The notes under the pieces are model-generated. The model worked only from the letters and a program-made list of their open reading frames with translations, was not told the DNA's origin and searched no databases. The position numbers were made by a program, and so were the translations under genes. Of a stretch of 64,000 bases of DNA, positions 1 to 13,817 are shown piece after piece (the stretch's first letter is position 1; each line of letters starts with the position of its first letter). Source of the DNA: Massalongia carnosa (lineage: Eukaryota); assembly GCA_965645245.1 (NCBI GenBank), contig OZ287071.1, positions 1,240,001 to 1,304,000 of the forward strand, read 5' to 3'.

Positions 1-653
1 TCATGATAGCACGTGTCGCGTTTGGGATGTTCGGGCAAGTCGAGCGGAGAAAGGAGAAAGGGTTGGGGGCAGTGTGTTCGTGGCGGAGAGGGAGAGCGGC
101 TTGGGTAGGGGAAGAGGTGAAGGCGGGAAGGTATTTGGCGTGGTCTGGGACGCGGCGGTGGGGATCGTGGCTGGGGGGGAGGATAAAAGAGTACAGATTA
201 ATCGGGGGGTGAGGGTTACGGATGAGAAGGGGGCGGGGGAGGATGATAGACGAGTCTAGGCTAGCGGTCGAAGTTGAGGGGACCAAGAAGGCTGGATAAT
301 GTTGAAAGCCTACTAGCTATCGAGAGTTACATACATACGTAAACCCCTTCATCCCTATTCTTCTTTTTTCCCCTACCTAATATAAGCATGCACGTACATA
401 CATACATACATACATACACCACAATATATTACCCACCCACTTCCTATTCCTGAATAAATCGGGTAAGTCGGTTTAAACTACAACTCCTTCCCCCTATCTG
501 GATGGATGCATCTAGAGGAGATTCGAGTCTTGGGAGAGAGAAAGAGAAAGAGAGATACTTTGGTACTATAGATAGCACATTCTATACTGAAGTACTGAGC
601 AAGATACCTTCCTCCACCCTCATGCGTATACCTACGCAGTTCTCATCCTTAAC

Positions 654-3600
654 TCATCTTTTAGTCCCCGGCGTCTTCTGTCCCTCCCCCCATCCTGCTC
701 CATATCCTCGTCATCATTCGCATCATCGTCCCCCTCATCATCTTCATCCCCGTCCTCATCCTCGTCATCGTCGTCGTCGGCGTCGTCGTTGTCATCTTCC
801 CCAGCGCTCTTAAGCCCATAATCATCCTGGAAGAACGCGAGCGGTTGAACCTCCGGCTTGAAGCCCTGGCTCTCGAACCCGTGGATTTGCTCCTACAATA
901 GTAACAAGGGGTTTAGAAGGGGGTGGTTCTTCTTTAGAGAATCACCAAAGAGAGCAAGAGAGGGGGGAGGGGAAAGAAAATTGGGGGAAGTAGCCTACCT
1001 CTTGCATGATTGGCGCGCATGTCACGATTAGATTGGACGTCTCTGCCTTGAAAATCGGGAGCACAATCTCCATCATCACCTCCCTAATCTCTTCAACTCG
1101 CACGCCGCGAACACGCTCTAGAATAAGCTCGTTCCAGTTCCCCGGCAAGCCGTGAATGACCTGCCGGGAAAAACTGCTCTGCGCTGCACTTGCCATGCTA
1201 GCCTGCCCGTTCGCGATTCCGAGCACGATGCCACTGACCGCTCCCTCGAGCGCGAGAGCCTCGAACTCGGTCTCACCGTTGACAAAGCCTTCGACGACGG
1301 ACTTGGCGGCGTGGAAGGCGGCAAAGGCATTGGGAGAGCGATAGACTGAGAAGGAGAGGTGGCCGCTCTCCGTCGCGCGAGAGAAGGAAACGCCATAGGC
1401 GAGGCCGGTGCCGCGGACTGCAGTCCACAGAGGGCCTTCAACGGCGTCGAGATAAGAGAGGGCGACCATTAGCGCGGGAATTGCGGGATCTAGAAGCGTG
1501 GAGGGCCCTCGAGAGTGCGCAAGGGCAAAGGAGCTGTCGATCGTGGGCAGTGGGATGATGTAGGCCGAGAAGCCTGGGGAAAGACCCTTAGGTGTGAGGC
1601 GGGCAAGGCGGGATCCTAGGGGATTTAGGGGTTGAGAAGCGTCAAGATGAGAGATCAGGGCCTTCCAGGCTGAGACTGGGTGAGGGAGACTCGCAACGTT
1701 GGCGATGACGAGAACGCGAAAATTGGCATGTTGGGCAAGGGCGCCGCGGATGGCGGTGAGCTGGGAGATGACAGATTCGGGGTTAGTTTCGAGCAAGCGG
1801 GAGATGCGTTTGAGGTAGAGGGCTTGAACGAGAGTGCCACGGGCTCGTCCAATGGAGGCGGGGGACGCGTTTACGGCCATTGAAGCGGCGTAAGCCATCT
1901 AAGAGGTTTAGAATGCTTTTTAGAGTTAGTGAAGAGAGAGCTTACATCATTACCGCTTCGTTTTTCTTCAGGAATATCGGCGAGGAGCCGCCGCGTTGTA
2001 GCTGTAATTCTCTAATTGAGTGTCAGGTTTGCCTTACGCCGGTGACTTTCGAAGATAAGGATGTACCGTTTCATCGAAGACCCCTTCGAAAAGCAGATCA
2101 TTCAACCACTGGATCGCAGTCTCGTACTTTCCAGCCTCAATTTGAAGCTGAATACTCAAAACTTCAGGGTTTCCTAGCCTAGCCGCAGAGTCAATACCGT
2201 AGGCGATAGTATCCTTTTCAAGATCCATGATGACCTGCTCAAATTCTATCCTTTTCCCATTTCGAAGGACTGGCGAATTGAAGAAATTTTCCACGTATAC
2301 AGAAAGTAGAGGCCTGAGAGGAATAGGAACTGATTCAGTGCTAACAAGCAAGGTAAGATGAATGAAATTTGTCTGCACATGCTCAAAGTGGATGAACAAA
2401 GACAAATCAAGTTCGTCTCCGTCCACAATCTTTTGAATAGGGTTGTCCAATAGCCCAATCATTCGAGCAGATCCAGACCTGGCTGTCGTAGTCTCCATGA
2501 AATGGATAGACTTGGTGCCTGGGACTTTGAACCGGGCAAAAATTTCTCTCGGAATCTCCTTGTCATTGTCTGCTTTAGCTTGAGCGAGTCTTTTCTCTAA
2601 CTCTTCAAGCCCTTCCTTTCCTAACTTTTCCTTCTGTTTCGCGATGCGATCCTCTTCCTCAGTCTTCAACCCTCTCGCTAGCGAAGCAGAAGGCTTCCCT
2701 ATTATTGTGATGTGATTCGCTCCAGATATCCATTTTCTTAACAAATCTTTCCATTGTGAGTCTGTCCAGGTTTCCAGAGTATCATATTCTTGCAACGATT
2801 TAAGGTCTCTAAGATTCGTACCATCCCGCATGCCAAAAAGAAAATCTACGATGATGGAGTCTGTGAAGAAGTTTCCGGAGCTCTCAGCTTCAAACTTCAC
2901 CTGACGTCTTTCACGGCTAACACAATCTTTCATATATATCATGTCAAGTTCCTTCTCTGCAGTCTCTTTCAAAACTTCGAAAAACCTGGCCTCTGTCTGA
3001 GCTAAAGATTTGGTTGCAACGCTACTCAGAGTAAACTGAATAACTATGTCGGGTCGTTGTTCTGTGGAGAAATATACGGCACTCGCCACATGCTCCTTCT
3101 GCACAAGAGTATTCTCCAATATGGATGCGGACGACCCAGCCAAGTAAGTCAGCAATATGTTTATTGCACAGGCTACAGCAGTAGTAAGTACTAGTAAAAC
3201 TTTCGCGATTGATATTGCTCACAGTAGAGAGTATCATTGCAGCTTGGTCCAAAGAAGCTCACCATGACCTCCCCAGTCGACTCGTCTTCTTCGGGAAACT
3301 CCACGATCTCAACGGAAGACTTATCAAGCGGCGGTGGCTGTTTAGAATCTTTCCATGGCCGTTTAAATGGCGTACCGGGCTCCGGTATGTCTTGCAAGAT
3401 TGTTTCTTCAAAATCGTCGAGGATACGCAAAAGATCTACATGATCAATTTCACCTACCAAAACGAGGCATAGGTTTTTGGGCTGGTACATATCATGATGA
3501 AACTGACGAATTCGATCCGCCGTCAAGACACGAAGCTGTTCCATCATTCCTCCTGTCTCATATCTGAAGCCAACGCCTTCAGGATAGAGCAAGCGTTTGG

Positions 3601-4117
3601 ATCTTAGATCCATGAGCTCCCCTTGGGTATTTTGAACGCCTTGCATTTCCGAGTAAACAACGCCTGCATCATTTCCAGACCCATCAACATGATGAACCTC
3701 AGTATAACAGCCACTATCCGTCAGTGTGGGTACGATGACATGCTCTAGATATACAGGGAGAATTTGAGCAAAGCCTTCCCATCCAGCTGTCTCTAATGTA
3801 TAAGCTGTATGATCCGTTGCCGTCCATGCGTTTGTCGTAGAATAAGCTCTAGTTGCAAGTCTATCCAGGACTCCTTTGAATGGGTAGCTTTTCGATCCCA
3901 TAAAACACAAATGCTCAAGGGTATGAGGGGCCCCTGAATCATCATGAATCTCAGTAGCCAAAGCAAAGAAACCAAGAATTTTTGGTCCTTTCTGATCTAC
4001 TACTACTAAGCTCATGCCAGTTCTCTCAGACACATACTGAGTTAGTGTGCTGGGCGAATAGTCTATGTCAAATTTTTGGATTGTTTTGAAGTGCGTTTTC
4101 GTATTTAAGGACGGCAT
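654..4117 (-). CDS. M16 (insulinase-family) zinc metalloprotease, similar to the yeast YOL098C type; multi-exon with acidic C-terminal tail
   Basis: Inverted zinc motif HTLEH (HxxEH) and NAWTATDHTAY in ORF 3191-4162; ORFs 2034-3155 and 942-1898 continue it (GPLWTAVRGTGLAYG). ATG 4117; intron 3173-3222 (GTGAGC..TAG); last exon from 893 reads EQIHGFESQGFKPEVQPLAFFQDDYG then poly-D/E to TGA at 654-656. Confidence 0.85.
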
Positions 4118-5241
4118 GATGTATTGTAATGCACGTCGAACGCACGGACGAAAGTTGTTCAAGGGTCTTGATTGTGTTCTGCTTGTGGAAGGAAATTTCC
4201 TAAATAAACTGTTACTAAGGTACTAAGTACATTATTTTATATTAACTTGAACCACGATTTTCCGATTTAGATCTTCAATAAAGGGGTTAGCCAAGGCTAA
4301 AGGGTATGAGATATTTCATGAGTTAATTTCCATGACAGAATATATGACATACCAAAAGATTCCCAGCATACTAAGACAAAATGGAAGTATAATCAAGAAA
4401 AAAAGCTTGAAATATTGAAATACAAACATACTTTTTAAAGCTGCAGAGGATATGAAATGATGTAATTGTAGGATGCGTTCATTTGCCCACGCTTCTGAAT
4501 TCTGACAATAAATTCCTAGCTTTAAGGAGTTTCTGCAAGATAGAAAAATACCAAATGGACACCAGAGCCGTTGACACGTACCTATTCAACGGTTTCCAGC
4601 GTGATTTAACAACAGACATCCATCAGAAGCAGATAGAAATAATTAAGGGGCGTGAAAGAAGATGATGTGTTATGTGCGTTATTATTCTCAATTTTGGATT
4701 CACACACTGGAAAATGTAAATAGGACTGCAATGAATAAGAGAAATAGTGAACAAGGTCTAGGAGCCGCCGCACCGTAAAGTTGCTAGTTATAATTTCCCG
4801 CCACCAGGAAGATACTGACACAAATCGAACAATCAACGATAAAAGAGAAGATGTCAAACAGTTGATCAAGCGTACAAGCTGAAATTCACCTTCCTACAAA
4901 GCTGATATAGGTTTTACACAGCATGAGGGTAATTTACGTTATAAATTAGATAGTATGGTTAGAGTAATGATACCGTTGGAGTTTCAATTACCAACTCAAA
5001 CCAGGGAAGCTTACACTGAAAAACCTGTAATCGATCAAACCTGCCACGCTTGTGTTTTACTTTCGGCTAGCTCTGATGCCATGATGTAATTATTTGTTGC
5101 GATACTGCTTCGCCGGGTATAATCCACGTATTTAATACTTTAACCAGACATCTTTCGTGGCTTGCTCGGAATTCAGCCCTATCAAATGGAAACAGTCCCG
5201 GAGCCACTCCCTAAACATGATTGAGCATCCGCCATTTACCC

Positions 5242-7960
5242 ATGCCGTCGCCGATCTCGAACCGTGAATATGGTCAAGCTATTCTTGAATCAATTCAGAG
5301 CGGATCATATCCCGATTCGGAGGAAGTCGTATCAGCGGAGCTGCCCCCCTCCGCATTACCTACCGTACAAAGACTTTTGGATCAGGCTCGCGAGGATGTA
5401 AAGGTTTGTTAGTAACTACCAAGGCTTTCGTTGTTTTATGCTAAGTCGTTGGGACATAGAAAAATATACGAGGACTGAGCAAAGCAAGCGCTTCTGATAT
5501 AGATGGTTGGATTTCTCAAGCCAAGCGGTTGCGGAATGACATCAAGGATACTGAGAAGACTTCGCGGGATATCGTGGCGCAGGCTAAATATGGCGAACAA
5601 CTCGAAGGCCAAGTCAGGGATGCTGCCAGCAAACTGGAGCTGCTAAAGAGGGAGGTTGTCTTTACAGATACCTTAACATCTACACTTGAGATTATTCGTG
5701 GTGTTCGGCAGGCTCTGGGTTCCATAGAGAGGGCTATCCAGAGTGTCAGCTTTTTAGATGCAGTAGTTCTCCTTGAGGAATCTGACGTCAAGCTTGTCAA
5801 TCTACGGACCAACTACAGTCCTAAAGTGGCTGGACTGTTGCTGGTCGAAATTACAAGTCTTCGTGATGCTGTCATTACGGGAATCATGAATTGTTGGAAG
5901 GCCCTATTTCATGTTGATTCTAAGAGGTCACTTCTCTATATTAAAGATCAGATACAACGTAGGTAGATCACCTCCTCGACCCGATTATTGTTGACCAATC
6001 TCAAGTATCTACCGTGGTCCGCGCCGAGACTATTGTGGAGGCATTTTCGAAGTTGGGTCTTTTGCAAGAAAACATCTCGATGTTTTGCAAGGATTTTAAC
6101 ACTGTCATCCTCAATCCTCGCCTCTCTTCGCGAAGCACGGGAATTGTCTATTCATTACATGTTGATAAGGATACAATTCAAATAACTAGAGAATTAACAG
6201 ACCACAGCACGAGGAAACTTTTTTCGGATATGCATTTGTTGGTTGATTTCCTTTGTACTCGGTTACCATCCTCAATGGCAACCCCTTTAGCAGCGATGCT
6301 CGTGCCAAATTTAATTCGTCGCCTCATTTCTAACTGGCTTAGTCTCGAAGTCCCAATTGATGTGAAGAGTTTTCAAGAATCTAAGAGGGTTTTGGCTTCA
6401 ACCTTACACTTTGCCAATACTTTGGACTCTTACGGTTGGCCCGGCAAGGATAGCCTGGTGAAATGGACAGAACAGCTACCCAAAGCCTGGATAGATAAAA
6501 GACGGGAAATCTCGCTCGATGAGGTTCGTAAACTATTTAGAAACGGCATTCAGCCTATCGAGACTGTTGAACGGGTCGAGACTCGGCACTTATCACAAAG
6601 AGACAGCGTTTTTGTGGAAAATGGAGGAGATCATGAGTGGAATGCTGAATGGTCTGATGAAGAAGATGACGGTTCTAAAGCGGATCTGGAGCCGTCACGT
6701 GCAACGGAGAAGCTGTCAGAGGGTCAGGAAGATGAAGATGTCACTGCCTGGGGACTGGATGAAGACCTTGATGAAGCACCTATTCATAAAGACCCTGGAC
6801 GGTCGAATACTGGTGATGAAGGGGCCGAAGCATGGGGGTGGGGAGATGACAACGACGAGGGGGAGATCATTAAACCATCCGAATCTAGAGACGACATCAT
6901 GAAGCAGTCAACATCAATGGGCTCTTCTGAAGATTCTATCAGGAATACACGAGAGGTCACTTTGAAAGAAACCTATAATATCACTGCCCTTCCGAGGGGA
7001 ATCCTTGATATAATCACCCGTGTTATTTACGACGCGGAAACATTGCGTAAGCCAGAGTGAGCAACTGCAGTTTTCCTTGGCCAGAACCTAGCTAACGAGA
7101 TGTCTAGGTACATCCAGTCACCTATTGTATTCGCTGCCGGTGACTTATTCTCCCTTCCTGGATTAGTGCTATCCATGTTCATGGCAATTGCACCAAGCTC
7201 CTATTCCATGAACCTGAGCGGCAGCATGTTCTTGTACAATGATAGCTTATGGCTTGCCGAGAGCCTTCGTCGTTTCACAGGTACACAGTTCAAGCGTAAC
7301 AGCCAGATAAACGTAGGAGCAGCCGAGACCGAAATCTCAACGCTAGAAGCCTTTGCAAAGCGCACATATAGCAAGGAGATGGAGTCTCAACGAACTATCC
7401 TCGGAGATCTACTCGATGGTGCGCAAGGTTTTGCAGACTGTACGGAACTTCCATTTTCACAGGAATGTGATATTGCAGTCAGCTCTGCCGTGGATAGGCT
7501 GAGAAGCGTACATGAGCAATGGAAAGTCGTCTTGTCCCATTCGGCCTTGCTGCAATCCGTCGGCTCCTTGCTTTCCACTGTCATCAACAAATTAATAGCA
7601 GACATTGAAGATATGAATGACATCTCCGAACCAGAGTCCCAGCGACTAGCTGCATTTTGCAGTCGCATCGCGTCTTTGGAAGACCTTTTCACGCCCCAAC
7701 AGTTGCCGACCGCAGGTCGGGAAACAGAGCAGGCGATCCCACTTACAGCCGTTTACACGCCCAATTGGTTGAAATTTCAGTATCTAGCTAATATCTTAGA
7801 AAGTTCCCTGGTGGATATCAAATATCTTTGGACGGAGGGAGAACTCCGGCTGGAATTTGAGGCGGAGGAGCTTGTGGACTTGATAGAGGCTCTATTTGCA
7901 GATTCAGAGCATCGGCGGAAGGCTATTGGGGAGATCAGAAGGGCTTCGATTCGCAGGTAA
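5242..7960 (+). CDS. ZW10/Dsl1-family retrograde tethering/kinetochore protein, 4 exons
   Basis: ORFs 5221, 5529, 6014 and 7100 are joinable by short GT-AG introns; acidic Trp-rich region (EWNAEWSDEEDD, AWGLDED, AWGWGDDND) like the Dsl1 COPI-binding lasso; C-terminus DISEPESQRL...W.KF.YL..ILE.SL.DI..LW...ELVDLIEALFADSEHRRKAI is typical of ZW10. Confidence 0.8.
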
Positions 7961-8408
7961 CCGTTGTGTACATAGCAGTTTGTCTCTGGGACGAGTTTAC
8001 TACTGCTTTTTACCGATATCTTTGAGTTACGCAGGTAACGCTGGGTAATTGCATTGAATGAGAAGTGTAGAAGGATGAATGTAAGTATATGTTGGGGGGT
8101 GAAAGAGGAGCCGGGTGTATACTGTATATAAGACTATTACTCCGGCTTTTGAGCAGTTCCTACAAAAATCTTTTTCAAAAAAAAACACTGTAGAATGCTA
8201 CTCATACAGCTACCGTCATCAAAACGACCTAGTCCTTCTATGCCTGCTCATATAACTTCCTTGAATTGCACTACCTGCCATCTTCTTGCTTCTCCAAATC
8301 TGAGTGCATCATAGCCTTTCGCTGTATCCTTCCCAGATACCATGCAGCTCCACCTCCCCTTTCCTACTTTCATCAATTCACACCCTCCCTTCTATAACCC
8401 CCTCCCTT

Positions 8409-8857
8409 TCAATGGCTCAAAGTACTCCTCCTCTTCACCCTCCTTCTCTTCAAAATCTGCCGGCCCGTCCGACTCTTCAACCGGGATAAAAACCCATGCC
8501 GTCGTTTCCTTACCCGATGGCTCGGGTTATACGTATTGCGAGGCCCGTTGCGAACTTGGATGGTCGCAAGCGAAGGGTGGAGGGAGATTTTCGGGAGGAG
8601 GTCGAGCCCCGGCTCCGCGGGAGCAGAAGGCAAAGCGGCGAGGCAGGGGAGTTGAATTCGTGGCCGACAGGGCGGGTGGGCTGTGAATATTGTGCTGTGA
8701 ACATACAAAGTGAGGGGTTAGCGGTGGTTTGATAACAATCAATCGAGGAAGTGGGGACGGACCGTTTGCCGAGAAGGCTAGGTATTTGGGGAGATGATAA
8801 GCTTTGGAAGGCGGGGGACGTGCGCGCCAAGGTCCGTAGGAAGCGTAGGCAGAGCAT
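8409..8857 (-). CDS. Mitochondrial ribosomal protein bL34m, 2 exons
   Basis: C-terminal RNTYNPSHRVRKRRHGFLSRLKSRTGRQILKRRRVKRRSTLSH is the L34 signature; N-terminal MLCLRFLRTLART is presequence-like; intron GTCCGT..GCTAAC..CACAG joins the two ORFs. Confidence 0.88.
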
Positions 8858-8901
8858 TGTGGCCTTTAGATGGAAACGACGGCTACCCGATAGTAAGAGA
8901 G

Positions 8902-8953
8902 GTACTCGGTACTCGGTACTCTGTACTCTACACTCTGTACTCTACACTCTGTA
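8902..8953. repeat. Heptamer tandem repeat (GTACTCG/GTACTCT/ACACTCT, 7 units) in the L34-APE2 divergent promoter
   Basis: Read directly: gtactcg gtactcg gtactct gtactct acactct gtactct acactct gta. Confidence 0.85.
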
Positions 8954-9128
8954 TTGTGTTATGGAATTGTCGATTTGAATTCCCGTTATGGCTACTTAAT
9001 TTAAGCTTTGCCGATTCCCGTTTGTTCCTAGATCGGACCGGCCCGAGCCCGATTGCAAGCGCGAATCATCGCCTCGATGACTTACTCCCTTTCATCTTCT
9101 TTGGCCAAAGCGATCGTAGTTTAAGTCA

Positions 9129-12100
9129 ATGATCCAACCATCTCCTGCAGTAAGCCAGCTTGCAGCAAGCATTTTGAAGTCGCGCTTTTCGTCTCTTCAT
9201 CCACGCAAGTTATCACCTTCATTCTTGTCCCCGTTGTTCCAAGTTTCGAATCGACGATTTTCTTCCCCTATCCAGTTCAAAGTCTTTCAAAACCGCCCCA
9301 CAGTTTTCCCAAAAAGGGCTCTATCCAAGCGGAGTATCAGGTACTGTTCGTGCCAGAGAGTCATGTGCGGAACTGAAGCCGATCTGCCTGGCGGCAGCAT
9401 GGATGTTACCAAAGGTCGAGTGCTGCTTCCAGACAATGTAAAGCCGCTCCACTACGACTTGACCCTTGAGCCCGATTTCAAGAAGTTTACATACGAAGGA
9501 ACCGTTGTCATTGAGTACGTAAAATTGAAAATCTGAGGTAAACTTCAGAAAACACACCGCCTGAGTTTACATTCGTTGACGTCGCGGCTAACGATGGTAA
9601 ATGTAGTCTTGAAGTCAAAGAAGATACGAATTCTATGTCTCTCAATACCCTCGAGCTTGATATCCACTCGACAACCATTTCCAGCGGTGGCGTTGAGATC
9701 ACGTCATCCCCTAAAATCTCATATGATAAAAACGATCAGGTCACAACGATGTCCTTCGATAAATTCATTTCTGCAGGATCCAAAGCTCAACTTACCCAGA
9801 AATTTACTGGGTATCTTAACGACAAGATGGCTGGCTTCTATAGATCATCGTACAAAGACGCCAACGGAAACACAAAGTATCTTGCAACAACTCAGATGGA
9901 GCCAACCGACGCTCGGAGGGCATTCCCGTGCTTTGATGAACCGGCTTTGAAGGCAGAGTATACGATTACTCTTGTGGCTGATAAAAACCAGGTCTGCATC
10001 AGCAACATGGACCAAGCGTCAGAAAAAGAAGTAGATTCCAAGATTACTGGAGGCAAAAGGAAGGCTGTTACCTTCAACAAGACTCCTTTGATGTCTACGT
10101 ATCTGTTGGCTTTTATCATTGGAGAGCTCAAAAGCATTGAAACAAATAGCTTCCGTCTTCCCATAAGAGTCTTCACCACGCCGGATCAAAAAATCGAGCA
10201 CGGTAAGTTCGCCTTAGAGCTTGCTGCCAAGACATTGGATTTCTATGAGAAAACATTCGATAGCAAGTTTCCTTTACCGAAAATGGATATGGTGGCTATT
10301 CCTGACTTCAGTGCCGGGGCTATGGAGAATTGGGGTCTAGTTACCTACAGAGTGGTAGATCTGCTGTTTGACGAAAAGACGAGTGGAGCATCTACCAAAC
10401 AGCGAGTAACAGAAGTCGTGCAGCATGAGCTGGCTCACCAGTGGTTTGGGAATCTTGTCACAATGGATTTCTGGGACGGACTCTGGCTGAACGAGGGCTT
10501 TGCAACGTGGATGTCTTGGTATGCCTGCAATAAATTTTTCCCGGAATGGAAAATATGGCAAAGCTATGTCACAGGTGACTTACAAAGTGCGCTGTCTCTG
10601 GACTCATTGCGGAGTAGCCATCCAATTGAGGTCCCTGTCAAGCGTGCAGACGAGGTTAACCAGATTTTCGACGCCATCTCCTATGCCAAAGGGTCCTGCG
10701 TTCTCCGAATGATTTCTACATATCTCGGAGAGCAAAATTTTATGGAAGGAGTACGACGATATCTCAAAAAGCATGCTTATGGTAACACGCAGACCGGAGA
10801 TCTCTGGGCTGCGCTAGCCGATGCTAGTGGTAAACCAGTGGAAAAGGTCATGGATATCTGGACCAAAAATGTTGGCTACCCAGTCCTCACGGTTGCGGAA
10901 AACCCTGGCTCAAAGAGCATAAATGTGAAGCAAAATCGATTTCTACGAACGGCTGATGTTAAGCCTGAGGAAGATAAGACGCTTTACCCGGTCTTCCTCG
11001 GTCTTCGAACCAAAGGTGGCGTAAACGAGACTCTCACTCTCTATGAGCGTGAGCAGAACTTCGATGTTCCCAGCGACGACTTTTTCAAATTGAACGCCAA
11101 TCATTCGGGCATCTACCGAACATCGTACACTCCCGACCGACTTGAAAAGCTTGGCCAAGCAGCGCGAGACGGGCTCTTAACCGTCGAAGACCGCGCTGGC
11201 ATGATTGCCGACGCAGGCGCACTCGCATCTTCCGGCTACCAGAAAACGTCAGGCATCCTCTCTCTACTCAAAAGCTTCGGCGGCGAAGAGGAATTCGTTG
11301 TGTGGAGCGAGATCCTGACCCGCCTCTCAGCTATCCGATCCGCTTGGGCCTTTGAAGACGTCAAGACCCGCAACGCGCTCAAAGCGTTCCAGCGCAATCT
11401 CATCAGCTCCAAGGCCCACGCAAAAGGCTGGTCTTTTACCAAGGACGAGGATCACATTCAGGCCCAGTTCAAAGCCCTTCTTTTCGGCAGCGCGGGTCTC
11501 GCCGGCGACGAGAAAATCGTGGAGGCTGCACAGGCCATGTTTCGTGCTTTCGCCAACGGCGACAGAGGTGCCATCTCTCCGAACATCCGTGGTAGCGTTT
11601 ATGCTATTGCTCTCCAAAATGGCGGAGAGAAGGAATACAACACTGTTCTTAACGAGTACCAAACAGCCAAGGACGCCGATGAACGTAACACGGCTTTGCG
11701 TAGCCTGGGGCGCGCTAAAGACGGGAGATTGATGCAGCGCACGCTCGAATTACCCTTGAGTGATGCGGTCAAAAGCCAAGATGTCTATATCCCGCTCGCT
11801 GGCTTGCGGAATGATCCGCGCGGGATCGAGGCGCTGTGGACGTGGTTGACGGCGAACTGGGACGCGATAGAGAAGAAGTGTCCACCTGGGCTGACTATGC
11901 TTGGGAGTGTGGTGCAAATATGCACAAATGCGCTTACGCATGCAGATCAGGCGGAAAAAGTGAGAGCCTGGTTTGAGGGGAGAAGCACAAAGGTATCCTT
12001 TTTCCCTTTCTTCCTTTCTACCAAGGCTGCGTGTTTCCGTTTTTGGGGCCTCAAGAGGAGTTTCGCTTTAAAGAAGGGCGTACTTTGAGCAAATGGCTAA

Positions 12101-12282
12101 CTTGGTCCGTTTCTTACGTTAAATAGGGCTTTGAGCGAGCGCTACAGCAGAGCTTGGACTCGGTGAGTGCGAAGGCAAAATGGGTCGAGCGAGACGGGCG
12201 GGACGTTGAGGCATGGTTGGCGGAGAACGAGCTCTTAGATAAGGGAGCTCGGGGCAAAGAGGAAGGGGTGGGGAAGTTATAG
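9129..12282 (+). CDS. APE2: M1 family alanyl aminopeptidase (aminopeptidase 2); start at 9129 or 9363 uncertain
   Basis: GAMEN and HELAH-x18-E (LWLNEGFA) motifs; N-terminal LPDNVKPLHYDLTLEPDF; introns near 9515-9607 and 11993-12126; last exon GFERALQQSLDSV...TAG at 12280-12282. Confidence 0.92.
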
Positions 12283-13817
12283 GACTTTTTGACCTCCTTG
12301 GGGGATATACATGTTTCGCGGGGTAAGGAAAATATGCATAAGCTGCAGTAAAGAGTGGCGGGGCTTGGTGGCATGGTATTTGCGATACTCTACCACAGCA
12401 TAGAATAGAATATCAGATTTCATAGCGACTCGATTAGGCTCTTGGTACTTCTTCGGGGACGACAACGCGAGCGATGGTTGTAGAAAGAAGGAAGGCTATA
12501 TGCGACGTAGATAAGGCAGCCGCCTACTTTTACTTCAACGCGCAGTTTCCCAGCGCTGCCAACCCACCGCAACGAACCTTGTCTTCCATCCATTGAACCC
12601 CTTTTTCCTTCCTTCTGCCCCCTGGCTCACTTACGGAACCTAAGCCTAGTACTGGTACTCGTACTGGTAATTCTTCGGCGACCTACCTAGTTGGGTATAC
12701 ATGTTTGTGTGTTCATTCAGGAGCTGTTGGTTTTTTTCTTCTTCTTTTCTTTTCGGATTTGAGATTGAAAAGCGCTAGGATGAGGAAGGAGGGAGGATGA
12801 TTGCGTCTTTGAAGATTGAGTGCTCTATGCGGCGTGGTTGGAAGGAATCTTTGCACGACTTCCCAAATTCCGCAAGTTTAGAATTGACAGATACGTGAGT
12901 TCATTCTATTTGACGGGAAAGAGCGACCTCTGAATTGATATTTTGCCCCTGAAAAGCTTCTAGAAACCATAATGAAGAAAATGATGAGATTTTAACTAGC
13001 CTTCTTCCCTACTGTTGGTTTAGATGACAGTTCCTCTACTCCGTCAATGAACCTCATTCGCTGCCTCATCATCGTGCATTCTACTCTGACAGAATATGTG
13101 TACTTCGGATTGAGCTGATGATTGCTGTGCGCAAACCATAACTATCATTTAAAGAATGCTTACTCATAGGGAATAGCCACTAACTACATATCTGTTGCAG
13201 GCCGATGAAAAAGGCATCTGCATCTAGAGAGTACTCTATATAAAAGGCACCATCCGTGGCAACCGAAGAGGCTTAGAAAGCCCCCCAAGCTATGGAGAAC
13301 CAGGAAAACTTAACCGGACGGTCTAGATTGGCCTTTGAAAAGGGTTGCTGCTGGTCTTCAATCGATCGTGTTTGGAATACTGACGTGCGTGGTGCCTACT
13401 CAACGTCCCAGGACATGATCCCAGCTAGAAGATACTATGAGCAATTTATAAAGAGATGGTTATCCAACGCCATTCTTGTCAAACATATGATGGTCCATTA
13501 GCTAGCTCTACACCTCCCTTGAGGACTATCTCATGGCGGTATGAGCGTTGTAGGGATCGAGAGAGCTACTAAACAAATGGAGAGCTTTTGCTAAAATTGA
13601 TGAACCTAACTTTATCCTCGAGTACTTCCGGTGAAGTGCAGTCATGCCATTCGTTCCTCTTTCTTTATGCATAAGCGTAAAGCCTACGATTCCTCTTTCC
13701 TGGCTTAGTCATTGTGGGGATCGGTGGAGATGTGCGCTATTTGATGGATATAAAACCCGATGCTAGTATCGGCATCTTGAAGTCGTGATTTTTTGTCTCC
13801 AAGTTATTTCTGAAGTC

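Noticed and set aside
1..320. Open minus-strand frame ending in ATG at 3-5, and the + strand ORFs 3-212 and 74-259
   Set aside because: Low-complexity C/T-rich sequence that looks like the 5' leader of a gene beyond the window edge; no recognisable protein motif.
502..813. + strand 103-aa His/Arg/Pro-rich ORF
   Set aside because: Antisense shadow of the poly-Asp/Glu last exon of the M16 protease.
8902..8953. CRISPR-like or prokaryotic operon interpretation of repeats and gene clusters
   Set aside because: The repeats have no spacers and the genes are intron-containing eukaryotic genes.
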